Origin: a virus | Strand: one strand, 5' to 3' | Length of the DNA stretch: 64,000 bases | IMG/VR virus record: IMGVR_UViG_3300030333_008334 | Location: 48,741-112,740 of that record | In this document: positions 30,938 to 43,600 of the stretch, piece after piece | Numbering within the stretch: position 1 is the first letter of the stretch | How the letters are laid out: each line of letters opens with the position of its first letter | The notes under the pieces: model-generated | What the model was told of the DNA's origin: nothing | Database searches by the model: none | Seen by the model: the letters and a program-made list of their open reading frames with translations, nothing else | Made by a program: the position numbers and the translations under genes

Positions 30938-32465
30938 CTTTCTCTATTCTAAACCTAAATTTTTCGTTTTGCTCGTGATATTGGCCATTTGAATAATATG
31001 AAAATTTTATTTCATACATATAATCTGATTCTAGCAAGCTCATATCTAAATCAAAATAGTTACCTGAAACATCTATAGAAAGTCTAGTGTTGTACATTTG
31101 ATTAGAGCCTGTACCATACGGAATAACTTCTAAATCATCCGCCACTCTTATAACTTTATAGAAAGCATCTTCAACCGGCTCTGCTGTTGCTTTTGCTGAC
31201 GCTTTAGTATATATTGTCGGACACCAGTTTTTAGCCCTAGTAAATAATCTTAATCTAGGTATTTCATCTCTATTGTAAGCCGGCTTAAGATTTCTAATAT
31301 TTGTCACGTAACTATCTGATGGGTCATTATAACTGTTGGCAGAATAATTTTTAATCTTTAAAGTTCCTGTGAAGTATTGATTACTTCCACTGAACCAGAC
31401 ATCATGCAAAATAGACGCAGTAGTATTGACTGCGATGCTGGCAGAATATATGCCAGTCTTATTGTTGCATATGCCGCCAGTAACAGGTGTAGTTGGCAAT
31501 ATGGTTAGAGGGTCGCCAACAGGAGATCCATTTGAATCAGCATAAAGATTCACATATATGTTTTGTGAATTATTGCCTAGAGGAATATTTTTAAGCTGCC
31601 CTCTGACGTAATTATAAAGATAAATTTTATTTAGATTATCTGCTGGGGATACTAAAGAACTGCTAGCATAAAAATCTGATCTTCTATCTTTTATTGAAGA
31701 ATCCCATTGTGCTTCAATGCATGGTTTTTTATAAAAGAACTGCGTTCCCCTAGCAAAAAACTTTTTAGTGTAGTATGATCTGCGAGGATTGTAACTGGCG
31801 CTTTCATAAGCGCCAGACAGTCTAATCAGCAGACCATCGTATTTCTGGTGGTTAGAACCGCTTGGACAGTTTCGTAACCAGGCCTCGACCCAATTTGTCA
31901 TATCAACATTTAAATCTTCATTGCCTTTTTCAAAGTATGCGCTAGCAGTCAGCACAATTCCAGAAGAATCTAGCCTGTGATAATCTAAATCTCCCGAAGC
32001 GCCCAAGGCATTCCATTGCTGATCAGTTCTAGCATTTTCCCAGTTAGAAGACCCAGAATTCGTATAGCCTTCCATGTCCAAGCCATAACCCTCTGTCCAG
32101 CCTTCATTCTGCTGAGGATCGACGCTTTCCGGCCAGTGCTGTGTATTGATTGGTAAAATATGTAAATAATATTTTTCTGGTAGTGTTTGTGAATGTTTGG
32201 CATTAAACATTTTAAGATAGAACTTAACGTCGCCTAAAGCAGGAATATCTTTTCTATTACGAGAAGCAGAAATTTCTGCAATGGGAAAGCTTATTAAAAT
32301 TCTAGATTGCTCTAAAGATTGACTGCTGGCTTGACCATAAATTGAAAAAACTTCTAGAATATCAGACGCACCCATATTTGCCTGACTACCAGAATCAATT
32401 AAGTTTGATTTATAGGCATTAGTTATTGTATTGTCTTTATCAGCGTAAAACCTTTTGATTCCCAT
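30927..32465 (-). CDS. Tail/baseplate structural protein with N-terminal DNRLRE-like beta-sandwich
   Basis: ADKDNTI...SRILISF...YLKMF...DMTNWVEAW...GLLIR...KPCIEAQW pattern; directly downstream of the gp6-like gene. Confidence 0.55.
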   Translation of the reverse strand: MGIKRFYADKDNTITNAYKSNLIDSGSQANMGASDILEVFSIYGQASSQSLEQSRILISFPIAEISASRNRKDIPALGDVKFYLKMFNAKHSQTLPEKYYLHILPINTQHWPESVDPQQNEGWTEGYGLDMEGYTNSGSSNWENARTDQQWNALGASGDLDYHRLDSSGIVLTASAYFEKGNEDLNVDMTNWVEAWLRNCPSGSNHQKYDGLLIRLSGAYESASYNPRRSYYTKKFFARGTQFFYKKPCIEAQWDSSIKDRRSDFYASSSLVSPADNLNKIYLYNYVRGQLKNIPLGNNSQNIYVNLYADSNGSPVGDPLTILPTTPVTGGICNNKTGIYSASIAVNTTASILHDVWFSGSNQYFTGTLKIKNYSANSYNDPSDSYVTNIRNLKPAYNRDEIPRLRLFTRAKNWCPTIYTKASAKATAEPVEDAFYKVIRVADDLEVIPYGTGSNQMYNTRLSIDVSGNYFDLDMSLLESDYMYEIKFSYYSNGQYHEQNEKFRFRIEKDER

Positions 32466-32466
32466 T

Positions 32467-34260
32467 TTATCTGACCGTCCCTCTTATATCTTTCAAAGGA
32501 AATTTGAGTTCCATAATTGTATCTTCTGGTACATCAATAAATCTTCCATCTGGTGAAATATGATGATCCATGTTAAAAACTACATTAGAGTATGGATTTC
32601 CACTTAAATTTCTTATCTTCACTGTCACTACGTCGACTACGCCTAGTGTATCATTTATTACATCATAAATTCTAGTTATTGCTAGCGGTTCCCCCATGTC
32701 ATAGGGATTCTGCATAAATTCTCTTAAACTACTGATTATATTATTAAATACATCGTACTTGTTAGTACCAGTTTCCGAAACGGCAACAAAATCAATTCCA
32801 AAATTAACAATCTTTCCATCCATTATATCAATGGTGTCGTTAATCATTTTATATTGACCTAGCCAAGTTTTTAAGTTATTTTTAATAGTGGGATTAGCGT
32901 TAGTTAAATTTCCGTCAGTATTTTCTGACAAGATATATAAATTTAAATTTCTCTTAAACGAATCATTATCGTGAGTTATATTGCAGCGCTTAATTGCTCC
33001 AAATCTAGGTGGCATTGCATAAATTAAACTAGTATAATCATTTCTTGTTACAGCTCTATTTTGAGCAGCAAAAAAATCTTTTGCGCGTCGCTTCAATTCT
33101 TCGCTATTAGGAATAGAGACGTCTCCAATTATTGGCAATTCGTTTACAACTTCCAATGACGACCTTACTAGAGATTTTTTTATTCCCGAAGATGCATCTT
33201 GATGAAATCTATAAATTGCCTCAGAGACGCTTGTAACAGTGCCGACTCCTGAATTAACTGTATTAAGTGAGTTTCTTCGTGTCAATACCGTTAAAGAGGT
33301 ATTTGTTGGTACTACTCCAAACTTGTCTGTAGAAAGAATTTTTGAAGGATCTAGATAATTTAATGTTTCGTAGGAGCGACCATGTCTTTTCATAACCAAA
33401 TTGCTAGGATGTACTATTGGATTGCTTCTAATTTCTGAATCTGATCCATACCCAAACCTCATATAAGTTGCGCCGGCTGAGTCTCTCTCAATCACGTATC
33501 TTCTAGGCACGCTCAATGCTTTTAAAATATTTGGAGCTAAGAATCTATCATCTCCAGTTGTAGGAATCGATCGATAAACTATATTTTGCGTCAAGTAATC
33601 AACTTCGTAATATGGATGACCTTCCTCATCAAATACAGAAATAACTTCTGTTACATTATCAATTGGAATTTCAAGTCTTAAGAACTTTTCAAATTCTCCT
33701 ACTTCAAGAACAACCTGCTCTAATTCTCCTGACATTACTTGACCGTAAGTTTTTATTGCATATCTACTAGGCGTTCCATCAACGCTTTCTGCTACAACAA
33801 CTTGATTATCTGGGCTGGCAAAATCTACATCATCGATAAGCACATATGTGGCGCCCGAATCAGAAGTAAATCTTGAGCCGCGGCGCAAAACTGGACAATA
33901 TGTAGCGTCTGGACCGGCGCCATTGCTAGCAGCAGGAGCTAAAATATAAAGAGCAATCTCACCAAAGGCGGCGCCGGGGCCTGGAATTTTATATCCCAGT
34001 TGCTCTGCGTGCTTTATAATATTATTATATTCAATGGCAGTTGTCATGAAAGATTCATTGACATTGTAATCTAAATAAAACGATAATATATCGCCAACGT
34101 ATGAAACAGTGTCTAGCATCAAGGATGCGAAGCCGGCATCAGAAAAATCCTTAACCGTATCCGGATAATATATTTTTGCGTATTCTTCTAGATCTTTTCT
34201 GATCGAAGAAAAGTCTCTACTAGTGTAGTCAATAGGGATTAACTTCTTCTCTTTGGCCAT
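32467..34260 (-). CDS. Baseplate wedge protein (T4 gp6 / baseplate J-like)
   Basis: YTSRDFSSIR..L, YVGDILSFYLD, AEQLGYK, FGYG, AQNRAVTRNDY motifs. Confidence 0.9.
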   Translation of the reverse strand: MAKEKKLIPIDYTSRDFSSIRKDLEEYAKIYYPDTVKDFSDAGFASLMLDTVSYVGDILSFYLDYNVNESFMTTAIEYNNIIKHAEQLGYKIPGPGAAFGEIALYILAPAASNGAGPDATYCPVLRRGSRFTSDSGATYVLIDDVDFASPDNQVVVAESVDGTPSRYAIKTYGQVMSGELEQVVLEVGEFEKFLRLEIPIDNVTEVISVFDEEGHPYYEVDYLTQNIVYRSIPTTGDDRFLAPNILKALSVPRRYVIERDSAGATYMRFGYGSDSEIRSNPIVHPSNLVMKRHGRSYETLNYLDPSKILSTDKFGVVPTNTSLTVLTRRNSLNTVNSGVGTVTSVSEAIYRFHQDASSGIKKSLVRSSLEVVNELPIIGDVSIPNSEELKRRAKDFFAAQNRAVTRNDYTSLIYAMPPRFGAIKRCNITHDNDSFKRNLNLYILSENTDGNLTNANPTIKNNLKTWLGQYKMINDTIDIMDGKIVNFGIDFVAVSETGTNKYDVFNNIISSLREFMQNPYDMGEPLAITRIYDVINDTLGVVDVVTVKIRNLSGNPYSNVVFNMDHHISPDGRFIDVPEDTIMELKFPLKDIRGTVR

Positions 34261-34288
34261 CTTATTTCCTCATATAAATTAAGTAGTT

Positions 34289-34681
34289 CTATCTTTCAAT
34301 TATCATATCCAATACATCAACAGATGAAAGTGGTACAACTTCGTAAATTACTCTCACATTTAAAATTTCTTCTGCATATAATTCTTCAGTTTCTGTACCA
34401 GGATATTCTACGTCAATTAAATTTACGTAAGGTAAATATTGCTCTGTTTGTTGGTGTATTCTGCCTTTTAAAGAAGTTTTAGCATCTTCTCTCATTTCAA
34501 ATAAAAATCTTTTTATGCCTACGCCAAAATCAATATTCATCATTCTCTCACCAGGATTTGTAAGTAAAAGATTTTTAAAGTTTTGCTTTACCGTTTTTTT
34601 GTAAGTTTTTATAGATGCAAATTTCCCATCTCGTGGATTTATTGCTAAAGGTAACAATGGCGTTATTCCATAAATTGGCAT
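34289..34681 (-). CDS. Baseplate protein (T4 gp25 / gpW-like)
   Basis: NLLLTNPGERMMNIDFGVGIKRFLFE motif; adjacent to the gp6-like gene. Confidence 0.92.
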   Translation of the reverse strand: MPIYGITPLLPLAINPRDGKFASIKTYKKTVKQNFKNLLLTNPGERMMNIDFGVGIKRFLFEMREDAKTSLKGRIHQQTEQYLPYVNLIDVEYPGTETEELYAEEILNVRVIYEVVPLSSVDVLDMIIER

Positions 34682-34698
34682 ATTTTTACTCCTTTATT

Positions 34699-37600
34699 TT
34701 AGAATGGTGATACTGTGCAGGCGTCTTGTGGTGAGCCATCCTTATATTCTTCTATTATACTCTGTTTCTTGCCGTCCAGATCATCAATAACTCCTTCAAT
34801 AATAAGTAGTAAACAATAAATAAAACCAAAGCTTGTCATCGGAGGACCAACACCTGGTCCGAATGGAGGTGGCGGGAATAAGAAACCAAATGGAATCATC
34901 GATGGCATCTGTGCGAAAGAGATACCAGGAACTATATATGGAGATAAAGCTTCGACAACACCTTTGATTGTGTTAATAATATCACTCACTTCTTGTTCAA
35001 ATACGTTTAACGTGTCCCTAGCTTCACCAAGAGCATTTTCTGCAGTCGCTATTGTTTCGTTAACAGTATTTACTGCTTTCTCAGCCTCTTCAAAATCTTG
35101 CCTCAATTGATCTATAAACACTTCATCTCTAGGTTGTGCTGCTTCAGCTGTTGCTACAGCTAATTCTGCAATTTCTACTGCAGAGTTGGCTAGTTCTAAT
35201 TCTTGTTTCAGAATGTCTATCTGGCCTTCTAGTTCGCTAATAACAACATTCATGCTAGCAACCGAACCATCACGTACCTGTTCTGCAACTGTAATTGATG
35301 TCTGTACAACTGTCATGACTAAATCATTAATTGCTATCGCTGTACTGACGCACGGATCCGTCAAAGTAACAACCCCCTTCAATATGAGGCGCGGTGCTGT
35401 ATATAGCATCCTCAAAGCTATATCTGTCCACGCAGTATCCGGGGCACTTGTACTAGTACCGCTATGTCCAGCCTTATAGTTAGAAACACTTCCATACTTT
35501 TGCATAGAAAACGGCAATTCTTGCTGATCAATCATAGACATAATAAAATCTAGTATAGTTTCGCGTGTAGCTTTGAACCGATTTTCCATTCGAACATCTT
35601 GGTTGCTTAAGCCTGTATGCATGCAAGTAAGTGACAATAATCTTTCGTATGGGAAAATATGATCAAACAATAGAGTATATTCTGGCGTGCTTCTTAATTT
35701 TTGCAAAAGTATAGGCAATGCGTCATAGTAGCCAGACATTAAAGTGCCGCGGCCTCCGGCTTCTTGTGGCTTAAAAGAAGAAAACTCTAACGGGCCTGCA
35801 GTGCAATATATGTATTCGACATTTACACGCACATCTGCCATTGGAATCGGATGCAGTCGCCAACTTTGTTTTGAATAAGAATCAACATCTAGATTAGTAT
35901 CAGCTTTTTGATTTGGCATGTACTCTGTGATATCAAAAGCTTTTGAAGCTAAATAAGCATTTGACAAATCTTTCAATCCGGTATTTGCCTTTCCTTCTAA
36001 ATTATTCTGTTCTATTCTAGAAATTAAATTATCAAACGCTTCATCGACTTTTGATATAATCTTTGTATTTTCTTCTATATTGGTTGTATCAGGCCACATA
36101 CCATATGGCTTTGATGGAGGAACGTAGAGCAATCGAAGCCCATACTTCATACAATCAAAATAGTCAGCAAAATATTGTAGAGTAATAGCATCTACAGACT
36201 CTTTTGCAGGATAAGTAACTGTTTCATACTGGCCTGTCCAGAAAGTCAACCTTGCACCTCTAGATTGATCAATATCCGGATCTGCCCATAGAGGGTCGCC
36301 GGCTAGCTCTCGTTCTTTACTTACGATAGCATTCCAATTCACAGTGCCGGTCTCATAGCCAGCAGTAGATGTCTCAGTATTTTGCCCGTATTCTAAATAT
36401 AATCTTGGAAACGCTCTTCCCAAGGCCAAGGGGCCTTCTTGTTCATTAACGCCATATAGCCAAGCTCCACCGCCCGTCACTGAATTTCTATATTCATCAT
36501 TAGTGACCATGATCCATTGAGCCCAATCGATAACATCTTGCCAAGTTATAACTTGAGTATTTGAAGTTGGTATTCTTATATCACCTAGAAAAAATGGAGT
36601 AGTTGCTGAAGATGGTCTTATAATAACTTGATCATGGACGCCGCGGTCAGCAAACTCATTGCTTAAATTTGTAGTTTCTGGTGCAGAATCTATAGTTTTT
36701 TGTACCATGAAATCCATACCGAAATCATCTTCTTTTCCTTCAGCCTTTTGTTTTTCTAAAGCTGCTGGATTTTTCTTAATGTTATTGAAAGTAAAGGCCA
36801 GAAAAGCTACGTGATCAAATGCGGCGCCGAGCGCTCGGTGTTCAGCTCTACTAATTTTTTGACTATAACTATCTTTTTGAACCTGGGAGTAGCCGCCAGT
36901 CATTGGGTCAATTGGATTGAACAGTCCCTCGGCGCTGACCAAAGTTTCGTCAGTGGTTATTCCGTCTAATACAAAGCCCGGAGTTATACCGACGTTAACA
37001 GCGCCATAAGTTATTCCTTCTTCTTTGTAAAATTGTATTCTATATGCTTTAAGAGCCCTAAGATATTGTTTATAGATGCTTTGAAAAGTAATTGTTCCAG
37101 TATAGTTTGGATTTTGCACAGGAAAATGACCTAAATCATGCGCCTGCACGTTTCCAGTGCCATCTTCATTTAAATAAATTTCATCAATTGTGCCATCTTC
37201 ATTTAAACCAAGCTCAAAAGCTATATTTGGAGCGCCCATATCTTTAATATACGAATTATATGTTTCATGAGCGTTTTTACCGCTGGGAGAGGCGAAAGGA
37301 AAACTTACGTCGCGCCAGCCGGTTAGATTATCTAATCCGGCAGATTCTAAAGTTTCTTGTGTAGCAAAAGGCAATCCACTAATATCAAATTCCAAATCAT
37401 GTGTGGCAGCATAGTGTCTTGAGCATGGCACACCAACTTTGATAAACGCTTGACACTCTCCTGCATACATCGAAGCACGTGATTCAGATTTCATAATCTC
37501 TTCCAACATTGTAGTGTTGTATGAGTTTGGAGCTGTAGGGTCTACTATTCCACTCCATGTATTTTGATACCACATGTCATGATTTGTTTTTCCGGCATTG

Positions 37601-40600
37601 CTTAATTGGTCTATATTTTCTGTGTTAGTGTCAGAATGATAACTAAAATGTCCTTGACATGGACGCATGCTATCAAACATATATATTGTACTGAACCATC
37701 CATTAATTTTTGGTACAACGTTGTTCCAAAAAGCTGGATTTTCTTTCGGATGTAAGCCCACGTTGTTCCACATCAGTGACGTGTCGAAATTCCAACCTAA
37801 AGGTCTTCTGGTGCCTAAAGGTGTTTCGGCTTTGGCTGTGTATAAATAATCAAAAGACCCTCCAATCAATTGAAGTATATCGTCCCAAAATTTTATACTA
37901 CTAACACCATATTCATTGAGCTTCTCTTTTGGACGTCCTTGATCCTGAAAATACTGTACAAATGGATCTGAATTTACCAGCTGGTCGTAATCAAAGCTAT
38001 AAAAATCACCACTGCTTGGATCAGGTTGTGGATATTCTACGGGAGTTCCGTCTGCCTTAACTCTGTTGAAAGCTACATCATATATTTTTGTATTTTGACC
38101 TGGTTCATGTTTTCTGCCCAACTTGTCTTTATGTTGCACATAAATGTATGGCTGCAAAACAAAACCACCCTCTGAAAACAGTTCTTTTTCACTCTCGAAT
38201 GTATAAAAAGATTTTCCATATATATGAGAGCCGTCAGACATTAGCGCTCCGCCGACTTTACGATCACCTTGATTCAACACGCCACCTTCTGTGTATGTTA
38301 TCAACTTATTATCCGGATCATTCATATTAATAAACAACTGACCAGATTCTTTATCATTGCCGGCTGGGTTGATTTCTTCTCCTTCTTCAAAGTATGAAGG
38401 TTGAAAAGTATCATATAATTGATAGGGATTTAGACCAGTGGTAAATCGCATTGAAGTTAATTTCTCTGCATATTCCTCTTGTGTTTTAATTCTGTAGTTA
38501 GCATAACCTAATTCATCCATCAGATTATTGATCGTTGTAACAATTAGAGTATATTGCCTATCAAAAATTACTTCTAATGCTAGCTCTGGCTCATACCTAC
38601 GATGCTTGCTTTCTAATAAGTGTTTGTGGCTATAATTTTTTTCTAAATCTTCGTTGTACCATGCAGTGTGAACCAGGTAATTCTTGATTCTGTGTCGATG
38701 GGGCCGGCCATATCCTTTCGGATCCGCCCCGGGTTCAATTATTTCTACAGCCCAGCCATCTCCATTTTCATCAATTTCGTATGTATGTTTATGATAAGAT
38801 TTGTCTGGATGATTAGTTATGCCGGATCCGCCTTCTAATTCATCCAATATCACAGCGCTGCAGCGTGATGCTATCAATTCGTAATACTCTTCAGACTCTT
38901 GCATCAGCTGGTTTCTTACTCTTTCAAAAGCTGTTTTTCTAAAAAATTCTCTGGATAGTACAAATGTGGTATCAAATACAGAAGCTGTTGGCATATACTC
39001 AAACATTATTTGCAGCGCGGAGACTCGAAGTCTTAACTGCACTAAGCCGTCTAATACAGCTTCTTCGATTGGTTCCAAGCCCAAAGCCTCGTCTCTACTA
39101 TCTTCAACTAGTTTTTTATAATTTGCTCTTTCTTTAGCTATTTTCTCATCTTCAGTTGAAATCTCAAACGGTTGACGGCATAACACTTCTCTCAATCTTT
39201 CATCAACTTGTTCTCTGAGTGGTCCTATTCCTAATAGTTTTTCAGAAACTGTACCGCCTGTAAATTCACAAATATCGGACCATGAATTCAAAAACAACTT
39301 TTGCAAAAACTTGTCAACAAACTTAAGATCAAAGAATGGAGACAATAAGGTTCTTTCTCTAAATTCATTTAAAATTCTATTTGTTTCTTTGGGGTGAATA
39401 TACCTTGCAAACACTTCTTTTATCTCTTCCTCTGATTCTCTTGGAAAAGTAAAGTCGCGAGGGGAGGTTAGAGATCTTGGAGATGCACCTGGTATCTTAT
39501 TTTTAATTTTGCTTACGACCAGCATACCAAATAGTTCTGCAATTGTTTTTGGATATTCGCCTTCTGGCATTCCAAGAACTTCCAGTAACGACGTGAAGTA
39601 TTCTGGATATGCATTTCTTTCGAGCTGTTTTGCTAATGTTAGACCGCCGTTTTTAACCTTAACCATGCATACATCATCATGTACATGAGTATTTGGCAGT
39701 AATTCCGACTCGATTAATTCGTATTCAATACTAAGTTCAGAATTAGCCAGACGATCCATTATTTTTGTGACAGATTTTTCCTGTTGTTCTGTGTAATCAG
39801 ATGTTGGATCTGGCTTGCCAGTAACTGCCATTGATACGACGCCGCGAAGGGCTTTGGCGGCTTTTGGATCAGCCTGACCAAGAGAATTAAGAACATCGGC
39901 GCCAATTGCATTGTTTTGACGATTATTGTCGCCAGTCTTATCAGGAGAAAAACTGCTATTTCCTAATACATCTAAAGTATGTTGACTGGCTAACTTTTTC
40001 GGTATCTTGAAGATATGCTTAGTAGTCATCTTTTCAGCATTAATTTCATACCTAGGCGGTATCCATTCTCCCGGTTTTTTATATGAACCTTCCACCCATA
40101 CAGGCTCGCTGTTTGGATCCGGCTGCTGCCAATATCCCTCAGTCCAAACTTCTTCCTCGCCATCTATAGGCATATATTTACCAGGTACTAAATTCCTAGT
40201 ATAACTTTCTTGTGTACCTAGATATGATGGATTTGATAGAGTATCTCTCAATCTTTGAAAGGGAAAAATACGCGGACGACTATCCATTAAGCTAGCAAAA
40301 TCTTGCGTCGGCATAGAAAAGACTAAACCATGATCGCGTAAATCTTGTAACGGAATTAGAAGAGAGCTATCCTGAAGGACCATTTTACTATATTTATCAT
40401 GATTCGGCTGGCCATCAGGGTCGACGCCGCCCTGGCCAAAGGGATTTTTACCGTCTTGTTGGTATCTGAAATATTCAATTTCTTGGCCCTCGGTTGCTCT
40501 TCGCGGGTACATTACAATATCATAAACATATTTTTTGAAACTCTGTACAATCCTTTGATGATTGATTGGAAATGTACCGAATCCTTCCGGAAACTCTAGA

Positions 40601-43600
40601 CCAGCAAATGTTTCTTCTTGAAAAGTTTCCCACATTTTATAGTTTTCGCTTCCAAATTGAACGTTAGCCGGCAAAGGATACCAGCCTTTTCCATACTGAA
40701 TGAAAAAATCAAATAAAGCACGTATATTATCTTCATACGCGAAATCAACAATAGCTTTATAATTTTTTGCGACATGTCTATTCTGTCCTACTTCTCCCAA
40801 CCATTCACATTGATTATTTAATATAACGGCAACATTATTATTATATCGATGTCGATTTCCATTTCGACCACGTGGCCAGTTTTGCATCCATCGATTCCAC
40901 CACTCATCTTCGTGTAATAATACTGCTGGTGTTCTTAATTTTAATGTTGGGCCATCATAATAATTTTTATCTGGCTCATTATACATGTCTGCATAGACAC
41001 CTTCTATATCTTTCATATCCGGACCATCTTCGTCAGCATGTTCTTCGATAACCGCATTTTGTCCATTCCATGGAAGACCTTTTAGCACCATACATTTTCC
41101 GTCAGGCTCTGACATGTGTGTGACTAGTCGACCTCGGCCTGGCATGATTGTAGAGCCGTCTTGCTCGCCGGTCGTGTGATCAATTGTTGATCTCAAAGTA
41201 CCATCATATTGACGGGGGTATCTCTCGACGTCATATGCGCTAGCAACATACTCGTCCATTTCTCCCATGATTTCAGCCATTTCTGCTGCAGCTGAAGCTT
41301 CACGAGCGGGGTCAGGACTAATAATTGCCTTGAAAGAACCGGCTTCTTTTTCAAATATCGTTTTAATACCATCAAAGATTGTATCCAAGACAATTTTGTT
41401 GCTTCTGGCAACTGACGGTAAAATACCTCCCGGTACCAAATCTTCACATTTAAAAGAAGGCATTTTATCTTTTAGCATGCTTGAAGGATCTTGTCTCATT
41501 AATGCCATTAAGTCTTTAATTTTATTCAAGTTTTCGTTTAATTCGTTTCGCAATTGTGCTTGAATTTCTTCTTCAGAAAAACCATGTTTTTCAAGCGCTT
41601 TTCTTTTGCCGGCCATTGAGTCAAAATCTTCACACAGATCGTCAACATAAGGAATATATTGTTCAAATTCATCACACACTTTTAAATCGATAAAAGCACC
41701 AACATGAGTAAAGAACATGCGTATATCTGGCAAAGTGCTCAAGGCAGGTAGATATTCTTGAAAATCTTTTTCGATCAAACCTCTAATCAAAATTAAAATA
41801 CTCTGCGGGCTTATTCCGTTGAAAAGATTACACATTTCTCTACCAGTCAGCATCTTAGCAACTGCTTTCATAAATTTAGCAGAATTATCAACCGGCAAAT
41901 TATAATTATCGAAAGCCTGAGTTAAAGCTGGACTTGGGGCAATAGCGTTTGCAAATGCAGGAACTTGATTTTCAAAAGCACCATACTCGCCTTCTCCGAC
42001 ATTTGGACCGGGGCCTTCTTCCGTCAGACATGCATTCATTAATTCTGACATCGCGCCGTCCATCAGTCCAGAAATAATACCAGCAGTCACTTTCCAAAGC
42101 GCATCCTCGTAAACATCCATTAAGTCGCCGTTCTCGCTAGTTACTTTTCCTAATTCCGGAAATACAAACTTAGGAGGAGTTGGCAAATCAGGTACAAAAT
42201 CTTCTAAGAATTCCCAATCAAAACTTCCGTCTGGCGTTGTGAAGTCATGTAGAACAGCTCCGGGGTCATCAAAAAAGTCGCCTGGAAGGTCTAAAACAAA
42301 TTGTGTAATATCAGCACATACTTTTTTAAAATCCAAGAACTGCTTTAGTTCTTCTATAAATGTGTCTATCTCGTTGCTAGCTATAGAAACATCAGACATA
42401 AATTGAGCGACGTCGCCTGTGGCACTAGCAACTTGGCCGGTCTGATCTTTGCTTCCGCCGGCCGCATATTCTTCATATCCTAAATTAGCAATTGCTCCAG
42501 TAGAATCAGCTGCTAATTCATGCTCAGCAAGAGCACCTTGAGCAGCTAGTTTTCCAGCTGCAGCTGCAGAAATATCATCCATTCTTTGCAAGCCCTGTTG
42601 TATAACACTAGGACCAGAAGCGGTTTCTCCTAAGAATATTTCTTCCGGAGTGCCTCCGAAGGCTGATGTTGTAATTCCGTCAACCATACCCATTGCCATG
42701 GCTCCAGAAACACCAAGCATTTTTCTCATCTCGCCGATGCCAATTGCTTTAAGAATTTCTCTAAACAGGTATTCACACAATGCTTCTCCGGTTAAGGGGA
42801 TACCGGCCAAGTTTGACAAGCATTTCATAATCTGCGCCCAGACATTCTTCATGTCAACTTGATTAAGAAGCTTTAGATAGATTTCTTCAAAGTCTCTCCA
42901 CTCTTGAGATTCTAGAAAAGATTTTTCAAAAATAGGATCATCATCTGAATCCATAATTCTCAAGCGCTCTGCTAACAATGCTGCTCGATCACGTATGGCC
43001 CATGGCCTATTGAGAAGTTCTAACTGTCTGTCTCTTTCTTGCCTGGTTAACACACTTTTTTTGTTTAACTCCATCAACTCGGCTTTTTCAGCTTGATCAT
43101 CTGATGGTGCTTCTTTTCCAGAGGGATATATTTTAATAGCGGGATATATTACAGCTGATATAAACTCTTGCCATTTGTCAGTATTCTTACTCCTTGCATC
43201 AAAAGAAATAATGTCCTTATAAAGAAAAGCCAAGTGCATGGTTGTAGGAGATATGTTGTCTCTTAGGCATTCGATTCCGACACTACATATGTTTAACGCA
43301 GCTGTATCTTGTCCAAATGCAATATGCATTAATTGCATATTATCTCCTCTAGCCATCAATTCAAGCATGCTGTTTTCTGTGGATAATCCATCAGGAAATC
43401 CTTCTGGATTATAGCCTTGGCCTGGATATTTTAAGAAGTCGTCTAACTGTCTAGGCAATCTTTCTAACTGCTTAGCTTCATGCTCTAAATCTACATGATC
43501 GATTGATCCGCCAGATGATTTAAAATTATCAACTCTCTTCTTGTATTTTCTTAGTATATTTGCAACTTTTTTCATCGCACTGTCGAACGACATCGCATTT

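Noticed and set aside
37157-37207. 18 bp direct repeat GTGCCATCTTCATTTAAA (two copies, 33 nt period)
   Set aside because: In-frame micro-duplication encoding LNEDGT twice; two copies inside a CDS, so not a CRISPR array or att site
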